Notes under the pieces: model-generated | Seen by the model: the letters and a program-made list of their open reading frames with translations, nothing else | Told to the model about the DNA's origin: nothing | The model's database searches: none | Part shown: positions 46,640 through 56,168 of the stretch, piece by piece | Layout of the letters: every line of letters begins with the position of its first letter | Position numbering within the stretch: position 1 is the first letter of the stretch | Source: an uncultured virus (IMG/VR IMGVR_UViG_3300046513_000217) | Lineage: Duplodnaviria; Heunggongvirae; Uroviricota; Caudoviricetes | IMG/VR virus record: IMGVR_UViG_3300046513_000217 | Direction: 5' to 3' (one strand) | Length of the DNA: 61,443 nt | Made by a program: the position numbers and the translations under genes

Positions 46640-49086
46640 TCATTCTGCCAAACTTCCATGGAACGTCCAAGGATGCTCCTGGTGTCGAGCAGACTGAGAC
46701 CAACGCCTTCTCGCCGCTGAAGCAAAAGCTCGCAGCTGGTCAGGACTCGGTGGTGTTCGTCAACGCGGACAGCACCGGCTACGCATCTGACGGCATCTTC
46801 TATCACACGCCTGTCGAGATCGGGTCGATCTACGACGCAACCATCATTCTGTACCTTTGGGCGGAATGGGTCGACACGGCTGCCACCGGTCCCAAGGCCT
46901 GGAAAGCGCCTGTCACACTGCGCACTGGCGCCGGTCCGAAGCTCACGATCTATCTGGCGGCAACGCCCGGCCAGGTCGCTGGCTACGCATTCGACGGGTC
47001 GCGCCGCGGCGCCATGATCGACGGCATCCCGACCCCTGACCTCTGCATCATGCACCAGGGTCATAATGCTCAGTCCTTCGAGGTCAACGCGCCTGGCGTG
47101 ATGACGGTCGGATCCGGACTGTTCATGGGCGCTCTGGGAATGACCGAGCTGAAATGGCCCGGCGTTCCACAGCTGATCACGACGCAGAATCCGTGGCGCG
47201 ACAACACCAACTACCTGAAGGTCTATCAGGCCATCTCTGGCGTTGTGGCTGCTCACCCTGGTCTCGGGGTTGCGGACACCTGGGCTGACTTCCAGGCCCT
47301 CAACAAGGCCGCAGTCCTCTATCGTCCTGATGGTCTCCATCCGACCGACGGTCCGACCAACAGTGCCGGCGCCGACGTTGTCACCTCGCGACTGCTTGCA
47401 ATGTTTCATGCGGCAATCTCCGGTGCTTTCACAACGCCGGCTTGGCCGACGATGGCCGCGACGAGCCTGATCGACAACACGGAGTTTGAAAACTGGGGTG
47501 CTGGTGCAGTGCCAGTCCGGTGGCAGGCAATTTCCGGACTGACGACGACGAAGGACACCACGAACGTCTATAGCGCCAGGTTCCCGTATTCGATGGCGCT
47601 GAATGCCAACGGAAACCCGAACGGCAAGAACGACAACGCGCGAGCGCTTCGATACTTCTCGACCGAGGAGCTTACGAAGATCCGCGGCAAAACGATCTCG
47701 CTGGCGATGCTCGCCAAGGTGCCATCTGGCCAGAACTTTTCGGCGATCCTCGTCGTAAAGGTTGGTGGGGCAACGCGGACGTTCAACTTCGCCGGTCTGG
47801 TTAACTGCAAGGATGGGTGGATGCTGTTCACCCTGCCGAACGTTCCGATCGACGACGTAGCGATGGCGGACTTCTCCGCCTACGTCTCCCTGACGCCGGG
47901 GTTCTTCACGGCAACGCCAACGGCAGATCCTGTCTTGGTGCAGAAGTTGGTCATCGTCGAAGGACAGCTTCCGAAGGGTATGCTTGCCGCGCTGCCTACG
48001 GGCCGGCCGGCGACCGGACTCACGTATCAGACCCGCGTGCAGGACAGCACGCCAACTGGCCACGTCAATCTGGATATTATCGGGAACTATCTCTACACGA
48101 TCAACCAGAACAAGAAGCTGCTGATCTACAGCCTCACGGACCCCGCAAACCCGACACTGGTCGGGTCGGTGACCGACGCCACCAACCTCAACGGTGCTGG
48201 TGGCATCCGAGTGTCGCCTGATGGCAATCGTGCATATGTCAGCTGCGAAGCTGGTGCTGCGATGACCGTCTGGGACGTCAGCAACAAGGCCGCCCCCGTC
48301 TTTGTCGCGACCCAGCGAGGGCCGACGCCCGGCACGTCACTGGGCGGTGCATCGAACCTGCGGCTCAATGCTGCCGGCACGCTGTGCCTGGTGACAACGA
48401 TCACGCGCAACTCTCTGGCGCTGATCGACATCACCAACCCGGCAGCTCCGACCTGGATCAAGGAGGTCACGGGGCTCGCAGGCGCCCGAGACGTCTTCCT
48501 GTCCAAGGACGAGAAGACGGCCTATGTCACCTGCGACTCGGCCAGCAACATGTACGTGATCGACATCACCAATCCGGCGACCGCCGTTTCGGTGAGGACC
48601 GTGACTGATAGCGCCTATGGCTCTTTAGCTCGCGGCATCGTCATGAATGCAGCCGGTACCCGCCTCTATACGATGGGGCCGTCGAATGCAGGCGTCGGCT
48701 GGGTCGGCTCGATCGGTGTCTGGGACATCTCCGGAGCCAATCAGAACGCTCCGCTCAACGTCTCCGGCTATCTCGGGACCGCAAGCGGAACGCCTGGCTA
48801 CATCGCTGGCGGTCGCGGCATGGTGCTCTCGCCTGACGAGCAGTACCTGTACGCGACGTCGGAGTCTGGTGACAACTTCTCGATCTTCGACATCAGCAAG
48901 GAGACCGCAATCCGCCTCATCGAGGTGAACCGGGGTACCGTCCCCGGCACAGACCTCGACGCAGCGTTCGGCCTCAAGGTCAAGGCCGGCTATGCCTACA
49001 TCGCCTGCTACACGGGCGCCGCCTCTCCGGCGGGTCGAGGCATCGCGGTGGTCAGGATCGACCCGTTCTACGGGACGCCCGCTTAA
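46636..49086 (+). CDS. multidomain fibre-like protein: SGNH domain, beta-sandwich, LVIVD-type beta-propeller
   Basis: ADSTG, GHN, DGLHPT; repeated IDITNPAAP / WDVSNKAAP blades. Confidence 0.75.
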   Translation: MIILPNFHGTSKDAPGVEQTETNAFSPLKQKLAAGQDSVVFVNADSTGYASDGIFYHTPVEIGSIYDATIILYLWAEWVDTAATGPKAWKAPVTLRTGAGPKLTIYLAATPGQVAGYAFDGSRRGAMIDGIPTPDLCIMHQGHNAQSFEVNAPGVMTVGSGLFMGALGMTELKWPGVPQLITTQNPWRDNTNYLKVYQAISGVVAAHPGLGVADTWADFQALNKAAVLYRPDGLHPTDGPTNSAGADVVTSRLLAMFHAAISGAFTTPAWPTMAATSLIDNTEFENWGAGAVPVRWQAISGLTTTKDTTNVYSARFPYSMALNANGNPNGKNDNARALRYFSTEELTKIRGKTISLAMLAKVPSGQNFSAILVVKVGGATRTFNFAGLVNCKDGWMLFTLPNVPIDDVAMADFSAYVSLTPGFFTATPTADPVLVQKLVIVEGQLPKGMLAALPTGRPATGLTYQTRVQDSTPTGHVNLDIIGNYLYTINQNKKLLIYSLTDPANPTLVGSVTDATNLNGAGGIRVSPDGNRAYVSCEAGAAMTVWDVSNKAAPVFVATQRGPTPGTSLGGASNLRLNAAGTLCLVTTITRNSLALIDITNPAAPTWIKEVTGLAGARDVFLSKDEKTAYVTCDSASNMYVIDITNPATAVSVRTVTDSAYGSLARGIVMNAAGTRLYTMGPSNAGVGWVGSIGVWDISGANQNAPLNVSGYLGTASGTPGYIAGGRGMVLSPDEQYLYATSESGDNFSIFDISKETAIRLIEVNRGTVPGTDLDAAFGLKVKAGYAYIACYTGAASPAGRGIAVVRIDPFYGTPA

Positions 49087-49102
49087 GAGCGGGTTCCAAA
49101 CC

Positions 49103-49267
49103 AATAGGTGGCGTACGGCTCCGGTAACGGATGTCCGCTCTAACGGGTAAGCCAGCACTCCCGTAGTCCTCGTAATTCCGTGCCCGCGCAGACCCGACTG
49201 ATCCTCGGAACGCACACGGTTGAGGCGCAGGATGATCGACTTCTGGATTGGATCATTCCCACCTATT
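49103..49267 (+). ncRNA. candidate structured ncRNA
   Basis: closing stem AATAGGTGG/CCACCTATT enclosing several hairpins. Confidence 0.45.
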
Positions 49268-49304
49268 TGCCGCCCGTGACCAAATCGCGGGCGGCAACTA
49301 ATTC

Positions 49305-49379
49305 GCCAGGGTAGCTCAGTGGTAGAGCAGCGGGGTCATAATCCGCGTGTCGCAGGTTCAAGTCCTGCCCTTGGCACCA
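49305..49379 (+). tRNA. tRNA-Met/Ile2(CAT)
   Basis: cloverleaf GCCAGGG/CCTTGGC, loop GTCATAA, CCA end. Confidence 0.88.
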
Positions 49380-49474
49380 CGAAAGCCGCAAGGCGCACGC
49401 CATCCCCAATCAGGGCGTCCCGACGACTGGGCAATCCGTCGCGTGAAGAAATCGGGTAGGGGCCTCTTTCCTGC

Positions 49475-49547
49475 ATCAGTGAGCGCATGGGCGCGGCTAG
49501 GTCTCCAAAACCGAAGTCCGTTGGTTCGACTCCAACCACTGGTGCCA
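49475..49547 (+). tRNA. tRNA-Trp(CCA), atypical D arm
   Basis: loop CTCCAAA, T arm GTTGG-TTCGACT-CCAAC, G discriminator plus CCA. Confidence 0.7.
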
Positions 49548-49562
49548 ACCTTCAGGCTCAAC

Positions 49563-49979
49563 ATGCTGTTCTCCATCCTGCTGGGCCTCGTGCCCAAGCT
49601 CGGGTCGTGGTTCGTCGACTATCTTGGCAAGCGGTCCGATAACGAACTCGAGAAGATCAAGGCCACGATCGGTGGCGACGTCCAGCTGAACGTTGCCGAG
49701 CTGCGCTACAAAGTCGAGATCGCCCGCATGGCGGCCGACATGCGCAAGGACGATCGCGAGCACTGGTTCACCGCGTGGATGGTGCCGTGCGCCTTCTCGA
49801 TCTTCATCATCCATATCGCCGCTGTCGTGTTCGACAGCATCCCTCTGTTCGGTCACGAGGTCGGAAGTTGGGCAGTCTCCAAGCTGCCGGGCATCTACGC
49901 TGACATGCAGTACAACATCGTCATGACGATCTGCGGCGTGGCCGGGATCGCGTCGATCAAGAAGATCTTCACCCGATGA
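49563..49979 (+). CDS. holin-like membrane protein
   Basis: N-terminal amphipathic helix, coiled segment, two TMs, basic C-terminus. Confidence 0.55.
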   Translation: MLFSILLGLVPKLGSWFVDYLGKRSDNELEKIKATIGGDVQLNVAELRYKVEIARMAADMRKDDREHWFTAWMVPCAFSIFIIHIAAVVFDSIPLFGHEVGSWAVSKLPGIYADMQYNIVMTICGVAGIASIKKIFTR

Positions 49980-50311
49980 AAGCTATCACCGACGTCAGCA
50001 TGGTCTCCGAGTTTGCGGCGACGAAGCTTCCCATCATCATCAAGTTCGAAGCGAAGTGGTGCCAGCCATGCAAAGCGATGACACCAACCCTTCTCGCTAT
50101 CGAGAAAGAATACGGGCACCGCGTTCAATTCTACACCGCCAACGTGGAGCACTGCCAGCTGATAACGCAGCGGTACCAGGTCTCTCAAATCCCGGCTCTG
50201 TTGGTGGTTCAAAACGGCCAGCTCCTGGCCAAGCGCGTCGGATCAGGTTCCAGGCAGGAAATCGTCCAGTGGATGCGTCAGTCAATCCCGGGCCTAAGAG
50301 ATGACGGCTGA
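49976..50311 (+). CDS. thioredoxin
   Basis: F.AKWCQPCK, IPAL cis-Pro motif. Confidence 0.9.
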   Translation: MKAITDVSMVSEFAATKLPIIIKFEAKWCQPCKAMTPTLLAIEKEYGHRVQFYTANVEHCQLITQRYQVSQIPALLVVQNGQLLAKRVGSGSRQEIVQWMRQSIPGLRDDG

Positions 50312-50531
50312 CGGGAGAGAGCGGTTCGTCATCGACTTCGAGGCTCTGTCGATCGTCTACGAGGGAGGCTTCTCTGTTCCGATTGTCGCCATGATCGATC
50401 GCTTCGACATGGAAACGGACGATCCTGACGAAGCGGAGGAGCTGCTGGTTCAGATGCCGCCTGACGGCATCGTCGTCGTGATGCTGATGAGTGACCTCGA
50501 CGAGATCATCGAGCGCACCTGGCACGCCTAA
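50301..50531 (+). CDS. hypothetical acidic protein
   Basis: coupled ORF; ETDDPDEA. Confidence 0.6.
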   Translation: MTADGRERFVIDFEALSIVYEGGFSVPIVAMIDRFDMETDDPDEAEELLVQMPPDGIVVVMLMSDLDEIIERTWHA

Positions 50532-50549
50532 CAACAAGAAGAAAATGCA

Positions 50550-51101
50550 ATGAGCGATTTACCGCCGCGTCGCCGGGGACGGCCGACGAATGAGGAGAAG
50601 GCTGCCCGCGAGGCTGCCGTCAAAGCAAAGACCGAGAAGGACGCCCAGGAGACTGAGTTCCTCGACGAAGTTCTCGCCCAACCTATCAAGCGTCGATCCG
50701 GTAGCCACAAGCTGCATCCGGACGAAGACACGCTCCGAACCATCGGCGAGCTGGGCAAGCTCTTCTGTACGCAGGAAGAGGTCGCCGCCGTGCTCGGCGT
50801 CTGTCGCAAGACGTTCCAGACCTTCCTCGGAGATTGTCCGGAAGCCCGCGAAGTTTGGGACGACGGCCTGATGCACGCGAAGGTATCGCTGCGTCGCAAG
50901 CAGCTGAACCTCGCCGACAAGAACGCGCCGGCCGCGATCTTCCTCGGAAAGAACTACCTCGGCCAGAAGGACGAGAGCACCACCAACATGAACATCTCCA
51001 AGCCCGCCGCTGAAATGAGCGAAGCGGAGCTGATGGAGATCGCCATGCGCAAGTCCGCGCCACCGGCCAAGCCCGAGGCGAAGAAGGACAGCGTCCACTG
51101 A
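50550..51101 (+). CDS. terS: terminase small subunit
   Basis: HTH CTQEEVAAVLGV..KT; SLRRKQ...AIFLGKNYLGQKD. Confidence 0.75.
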   Translation: MSDLPPRRRGRPTNEEKAAREAAVKAKTEKDAQETEFLDEVLAQPIKRRSGSHKLHPDEDTLRTIGELGKLFCTQEEVAAVLGVCRKTFQTFLGDCPEAREVWDDGLMHAKVSLRRKQLNLADKNAPAAIFLGKNYLGQKDESTTNMNISKPAAEMSEAELMEIAMRKSAPPAKPEAKKDSVH

Positions 51102-51337
51102 CAAAACCCCGCGGGGAGGCACCAATGATCGATGACCAGAGGCGATCCCGCGCGGTGAGCGAGAGCATTCGTCAGCAGCGGCGTGAAGCCATGGAGCAAC
51201 AGCTCATGCAGTCGAAGAACTTTTCCGAGGCCAAGCGGGAGGCGCCAGCAGTAACGGCGCCTCCCGCTCCTGCCCCGGAGCCCGTTCAGCATCAACCCGA
51301 CCGCAAGGTCGTTCTACCGAAAGAGGAAAAAATCACC

Positions 51338-52015
51338 ATGGGACTTCCCCATCTCGTCATCGTCGGCGCGGATAAGGGCGGCGTCGGCAAGACCGTCGTG
51401 GCTCGCACCGTGCTCGACTACTTCAAGGCTCAGGGCGTCGAGGCTCGCGCTATCGACACGCAGATGCCCCAGGGCAATCTCAAGCGCTTCCATCCGGACG
51501 TGACCGAAGTGATCGACCTGTCCAGCTCGGACGGTCAGATCAAGGTGTTCGACTCGCTGTCTGCCAGCCCGGTGACCGTGATCGACATTCAGGCCGGCCT
51601 GCTGACCCCCACGCTGACCCTGCTCAGCGAGATCGGTCTGCTGTCCATGGTCGAAGATGGCAAAATGAACGTGACTGTGATGCATGTCATCGGCAGCACG
51701 GTGCAGTCGCTGAGCGAGATCGAGGGCGCTGCCAAGGTCCTGACCGGATCGCGCCACTTCATCGTCAAGAACCACACCAACGACGCCGCGTTCTTCGCCG
51801 GCCTCACGGTGTCGACCGACGCTCTGAAGACCGGCACCGCGCTGATCGACATCGCGAAGCTCGACGAGCGCGCAACCGAGTATGTCGAGGAGGCCGCGAC
51901 GTCCTTCGCCGACTACGCCAAGACCGGCGGCTCCTTCGTGATGAAGGGCAAGGTTGGTCACTGGCTTAAGGGCGTGTTCGCCCAGTACGACGCCTCGAAG
52001 CTGCACATCCAGTGA
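51338..52015 (+). CDS. ParA/MinD-like P-loop ATPase
   Basis: GADKGGVGKT deviant Walker A, AIDT, VID..AG; an upstream in-frame start at 51125 is possible. Confidence 0.75.
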   Translation: MGLPHLVIVGADKGGVGKTVVARTVLDYFKAQGVEARAIDTQMPQGNLKRFHPDVTEVIDLSSSDGQIKVFDSLSASPVTVIDIQAGLLTPTLTLLSEIGLLSMVEDGKMNVTVMHVIGSTVQSLSEIEGAAKVLTGSRHFIVKNHTNDAAFFAGLTVSTDALKTGTALIDIAKLDERATEYVEEAATSFADYAKTGGSFVMKGKVGHWLKGVFAQYDASKLHIQ

Positions 52016-52542
52016 CGGCGAAGGTCATCAACATGGTCGGCGGCCCCGGATGCGGGAAGTCGTCGACCGCGGCGGGCCTGTTCTTCCTCATGAAGTGCGC
52101 TGGCATCCGATGCGAACTCGTCACTGAGTTCGCTAAGGAGCTGACCTATGACGAGAACTGGACCGACCTGAAGCGCCAGCTTTATGTGCTGGCGGAGCAG
52201 GAGAGGCGGCAGCGCCGCCTCCTCGGCAAAGTCGACTTCATCGTCACCGATTGCCCGCTGCTGCTGTCGATGGCGTACGTGTCCAATCCCATGGAATTGT
52301 ATGCGGTCGAGCACTCAGCCCAGAACCTCTGGGCGCATTACGAGAACATCAATTTCGCCCTCACGCGGGCGAAGCCCTATCACAGGTTTGGCCGCAGCCA
52401 GACCGAGCAAGAAGCCAGGGCGATCGACCACAAGCTCATGGCCGAGGTCTTCAAGGACGAAGTGATCGAGGCCTTTGTGCCTGGCGACGAACAGGCGCCG
52501 CAAGCGATCTTCGACATCCTGCGAAGCACCTACCTGATGTAG
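52012..52542 (+). CDS. AAA_28/NadR-type P-loop kinase
   Basis: GGPGCGKSS, ELVTEFAK, IVTDCPLL, GRSQTEQEA. Confidence 0.8.
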   Translation: MTAKVINMVGGPGCGKSSTAAGLFFLMKCAGIRCELVTEFAKELTYDENWTDLKRQLYVLAEQERRQRRLLGKVDFIVTDCPLLLSMAYVSNPMELYAVEHSAQNLWAHYENINFALTRAKPYHRFGRSQTEQEARAIDHKLMAEVFKDEVIEAFVPGDEQAPQAIFDILRSTYLM

Positions 52543-52564
52543 CCCAAAAAAGAAAGAAACGCAC

Positions 52565-52786
52565 ATGTCTAGCATCAGCATTCTGCAGCAGAAGCTGGAA
52601 GTCACGGACGCCCGACTGATCACGGTGTCCGATGTCGTCCAGGATACCGATGGGAGCTGGGTTCGATCCATCCGCTTCTACGGCGACCCGGTTGTCACGG
52701 GCGCACCGACCGCATTCGTGGAAATCGTGTCGCGCTCGGAGAACAAGGCCGACCTGGAAATCCAGGCGCCGGGCTTCAAGTACTAA
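52565..52786 (+). CDS. hypothetical protein
   Basis: ORF with coherent codon usage. Confidence 0.6.
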   Translation: MSSISILQQKLEVTDARLITVSDVVQDTDGSWVRSIRFYGDPVVTGAPTAFVEIVSRSENKADLEIQAPGFKY

Positions 52787-52921
52787 TCCCGAGAACAAGT
52801 CCCCTGACGGGATCGACGTGGCGGCCGGACATCTAGTTACCCGGCGACGTCGACCGCAACACCAAGTCCTGAACTGACAGGACGATCCGCTAGGCCAGCG
52901 GGCGTGGGGCCGTCCTCTTTT

Positions 52922-52995
52922 GACGCAGTGGCCGAGCGGCCAGGCAGCGGATTGCAACCCCGCCAAGGCTGGTTCGACTCCGGCCTGCGTCTCCA
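52922..52995 (+). tRNA. tRNA-Cys(GCA)
   Basis: GACGCAG/CTGCGTC, loop TTGCAAC, T discriminator plus CCA. Confidence 0.88.
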
Positions 52996-53085
52996 ATCAT
53001 CACTCTGGTCGAGTTGCCGCTTCGGGGGCATCAGCGCACAGCGCCTCGACCGGAGTCTAAACCCTCAAAATCAAGGACCAAGAAA

Positions 53086-54621
53086 TTGGACAGGAAAAAT
53101 TGGCTCGGCTTGGCAGGCAGACCACCGAACCGGTCTCCGCCGAGGTACCAGCGCTTTGCCGCCGTGGACATCGATCTTCGATCCGATCTGAAGCCGCTGG
53201 CAATGCCGAGCTATCCATGGCTGTCAGTCTTCGAAAAATCCCTCACGACGCCGCGGCTGCCGCTTCCGGCTTTGCCGCTTGCGGCTGGCGCCAAAGTTAT
53301 GGCGATCGGTGACAGCCTTATGGGCTTCAACAACCTGTCGAGCGTGTCGCCGGCCACATCAACAGATCAGGCCGCGTCCAGCTTTCACTACGGCGCCGTT
53401 GAGCAGGCTCTCAGCATCGATCCCAGGTTCAACTTCGACTCATGGTTCGACGCCAGCGACCCCCTGGGGCGCAACATCTCCGGCGCCAACCAGGGCGTGT
53501 TTGCTGATCACCTCGTCAAGACGGGCTCCGTGCCCGGCATTCTGAACCGTGTTGCTGCCGCCCTCGATCTGGGTCCGGACATCGTCATCCTAGAGGGAGG
53601 CACGAACACTGCCAACTCTGGTGACGGAGGCGACTATTACGGCGGATCAGCCCTGACGGACATGATCGCGAAGATGGACGCTGCTCTCAAGATCATCCGA
53701 TCGCGGGGCAAGTGGTGCATCCTCATGACGGAGCTGCCGCGTGGCGACTGGTCGGCGGTCGACGGGCGAAATGCACTCCTGAGCCAGTTCAGCGACTGGA
53801 TCCGTGCGCAGGAAGGTCGGGACGGCGTTCTCGGCATCTGGGACAGCTTTGATGTTCTCGCGCCGGGTGGCGTGCAGGACCTGACATGCTTCCAGCCCGA
53901 CAAGGTTCATATGAATGCCAAGGGTGCCTACCTGATGGCAACGAGTGGGCCGAAAAGTCTGCTCGCAATCTTGCAGGCGAACATCTCTGCCGGCTCGGTC
54001 TTCAACCAGGACCCGACCGTATCGAACCTGTTCGGTGCGAGCGTCGGCAATATGGCCGGCACGACCGGAACCAAGACCGGTGCCGCAACGACAGGAAGTG
54101 TCCCGACAGGATTTACGCTGCGCATGACTCGCGGCGCCAGCACGCAGGTTGCGGCCAAAGAGGTCGTCAATGGAGCAATCGAGCGCGTTGCTCTGACGAT
54201 CACGCCGGTTCCTGACGGGCTCGGTCTCGGCTGGCATCACACGACGCTGACATTTCCGCAGATCACCGCGGGGCTTCCGACTGCGGGTCAATGGGTCAGG
54301 TCGTACACCTTTGTCGAGGTCGGTAACACGACCTGGATCGGGTACTCCAGATTGCTGACGCAGTTCCGTCTCGGCACGACTGTGATTGAGCAGTCCTATG
54401 CGATGAACGGCTTCTCGACTGACTTCCTCGGTCAGACCATCGCGAACCGCGGCTTCTGGCTGATCTCCAAGCCGATGCTTGTTCCGAATGCGCCCTTCGA
54501 CAACATCTTCTGCACGGTCGAGAGCGGCTTTTCGATGAGCGCGACTGGGCAGCCGGTGATCAAGTTCTCGAAGCCCATCCTTCGAACGGTCGCCGATCCA
54601 AGGCCTGCCTGGAATAAATAG
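53086..54621 (+). CDS. SGNH/GDSL hydrolase with C-terminal beta-sandwich
   Basis: AIGDSL, NQGV, GGTN, DKVHMN; start TTG 53086 or ATG 53203. Confidence 0.8.
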   Translation: MDRKNWLGLAGRPPNRSPPRYQRFAAVDIDLRSDLKPLAMPSYPWLSVFEKSLTTPRLPLPALPLAAGAKVMAIGDSLMGFNNLSSVSPATSTDQAASSFHYGAVEQALSIDPRFNFDSWFDASDPLGRNISGANQGVFADHLVKTGSVPGILNRVAAALDLGPDIVILEGGTNTANSGDGGDYYGGSALTDMIAKMDAALKIIRSRGKWCILMTELPRGDWSAVDGRNALLSQFSDWIRAQEGRDGVLGIWDSFDVLAPGGVQDLTCFQPDKVHMNAKGAYLMATSGPKSLLAILQANISAGSVFNQDPTVSNLFGASVGNMAGTTGTKTGAATTGSVPTGFTLRMTRGASTQVAAKEVVNGAIERVALTITPVPDGLGLGWHHTTLTFPQITAGLPTAGQWVRSYTFVEVGNTTWIGYSRLLTQFRLGTTVIEQSYAMNGFSTDFLGQTIANRGFWLISKPMLVPNAPFDNIFCTVESGFSMSATGQPVIKFSKPILRTVADPRPAWNK

Positions 54622-54638
54622 TCGCAACACAAATCAAC

Positions 54639-54669
54639 AAGGCCGCCTTTCGGGGCGGCCTTTTTCTTT
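54639..54669 (+). terminator. Rho-independent terminator
   Basis: AAGGCCGCC-loop-GGCGGCCTT followed by a T tract. Confidence 0.75.
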
Positions 54670-54684
54670 GCACATGGAAACACC

Positions 54685-56148
54685 GTGAACGAATTTATCG
54701 ACGTCTCCCCCGAGGAGGCGGCGGCCGAGATCCTGCGTCGTAGGAGGGGCCGCGAACGCCTCATCCCCTTCACCGAATACACGCTCCCCAAATACAAGGC
54801 CGACCCTTTCCACAATCTGGTCGCCGAAAAGCTCGAGGCCGTAGAGCGCGGCGAGATCAAACGCCTGATGCTGTTCGCTCCGCCGCGGCACGGCAAGTCG
54901 GAGCTGTCGACCCGGCGCTTCCCTGCCTACTACATGGCGAGGAATCCCGAGAAGAACGTGATCTCGGCGTCGTACAACGGCGACTTCGCGACCACGTTCG
55001 GCCGTGACGTTCGAAACATCGTCAAGGGCAACGAATTTCAGACCCTCTTCCCGACCACCAAGATCCGCAATGACAACCGTGCGGCGGACGAGTGGGAGCT
55101 GGAGCAGGGCGGCAAATACTTCGCGGTCGGCGTCGGCACCGGCACCACCGGTAAGGGCGCCCATCTCTTCCTGATCGACGACCCGATCAAGGATCGCAAG
55201 GAGGTCTCCTCCGCCAACTTCCGTCAGGATCAGTGGGACTGGTACCGAGACGTCGTCTACACCCGTCTCGAAGAGGACGCCGCAATCGTCCTCACGCTGA
55301 CGCGGTGGCACTATGACGACATCGCCGGCCGCCTCATCGACCTGGCGAACGAAGGCAAGGGTCTCCCCTGGGAAATCCTCTACCTGCCCGCGCTGCCCTA
55401 CACCAAGACTGTCGAGCGCGAGGACGGCACGAAAGAGGTGATCGTCAACGAGGACGGCAGCGTCCCCGGCGATCCTCTCGGCCGCAAGCCAAAAGAGCCA
55501 TTAGCGCCCCGCCGGTTCTCTTATGCTGCGCTTATGGACCGCGCCGACGTTCTCGGCGAGCGATCGTTTGCTGCTCTCTATCAGCAGAAGCCGATGGCCG
55601 ACGACGGCGGCATGTTCAGTGCCGACTGGTTCGAGCAGCCTGACGAGATGCCAGGCAGGCGCGTCCGCGTGCGGGCGTGGGACTTGGCGGCCTCAGCTGA
55701 CGGCGACTACACGGTCGGCGTCCTGATGTCGAAAGACCAGCACGGCATCTTCTACATCGAGAACGTGGTCCGCATGCGCGGTTCGCCTCTCGAAGTCGAG
55801 AAACTGATCTTCGAGACCGCCAAGAGTGATGGCCGGTCCGTCCAGATCATCCTCCCCCAAGATCCGGGCCAGGCTGGCAAAGCCCAGGTCCAGAGCTTCA
55901 TCCGCCGGCTCGCCGGCTACATCGTCAAGGCCGTCCGCCCGACTGGCCCGAAGGAAACTCGTGCTGCCGCATTCGCTGCGCAGTGCGAAGCGCGAAATGT
56001 GAAAATGCTGAAGGGTCGTTGGAACGACTGCTTCACGGACGAGCTGGAGACGTTCCCGCTTGGTGTCAATGACGACCAGGTCGACGCCGCCTCCGACGCA
56101 TTCAACGCACTCCTCGGACCTCGCAAGGCTGCGGTTCTTGACTGGTAA
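54685..56148 (+). CDS. terL: terminase large subunit (Terminase_6 type)
   Basis: APPRHGKS Walker A, LIDDPIK Walker B, TRWH, YQQ.P, WDLA, DDQVDA. Confidence 0.95.
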   Translation: MNEFIDVSPEEAAAEILRRRRGRERLIPFTEYTLPKYKADPFHNLVAEKLEAVERGEIKRLMLFAPPRHGKSELSTRRFPAYYMARNPEKNVISASYNGDFATTFGRDVRNIVKGNEFQTLFPTTKIRNDNRAADEWELEQGGKYFAVGVGTGTTGKGAHLFLIDDPIKDRKEVSSANFRQDQWDWYRDVVYTRLEEDAAIVLTLTRWHYDDIAGRLIDLANEGKGLPWEILYLPALPYTKTVEREDGTKEVIVNEDGSVPGDPLGRKPKEPLAPRRFSYAALMDRADVLGERSFAALYQQKPMADDGGMFSADWFEQPDEMPGRRVRVRAWDLAASADGDYTVGVLMSKDQHGIFYIENVVRMRGSPLEVEKLIFETAKSDGRSVQIILPQDPGQAGKAQVQSFIRRLAGYIVKAVRPTGPKETRAAAFAAQCEARNVKMLKGRWNDCFTDELETFPLGVNDDQVDAASDAFNALLGPRKAAVLDW

Positions 56149-56168
56149 CGTCAGGACCACCCTCCGCA

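Noticed and set aside
49160..49185. TCCTCGT as an HDV-like ribozyme L3
   Set aside because: Flanking bases do not form P3/P1 by eye
52801..52915. GGGATCGAC segment as tmRNA
   Set aside because: No acceptor/T-arm module and no ANDN-type tag reading frame nearby
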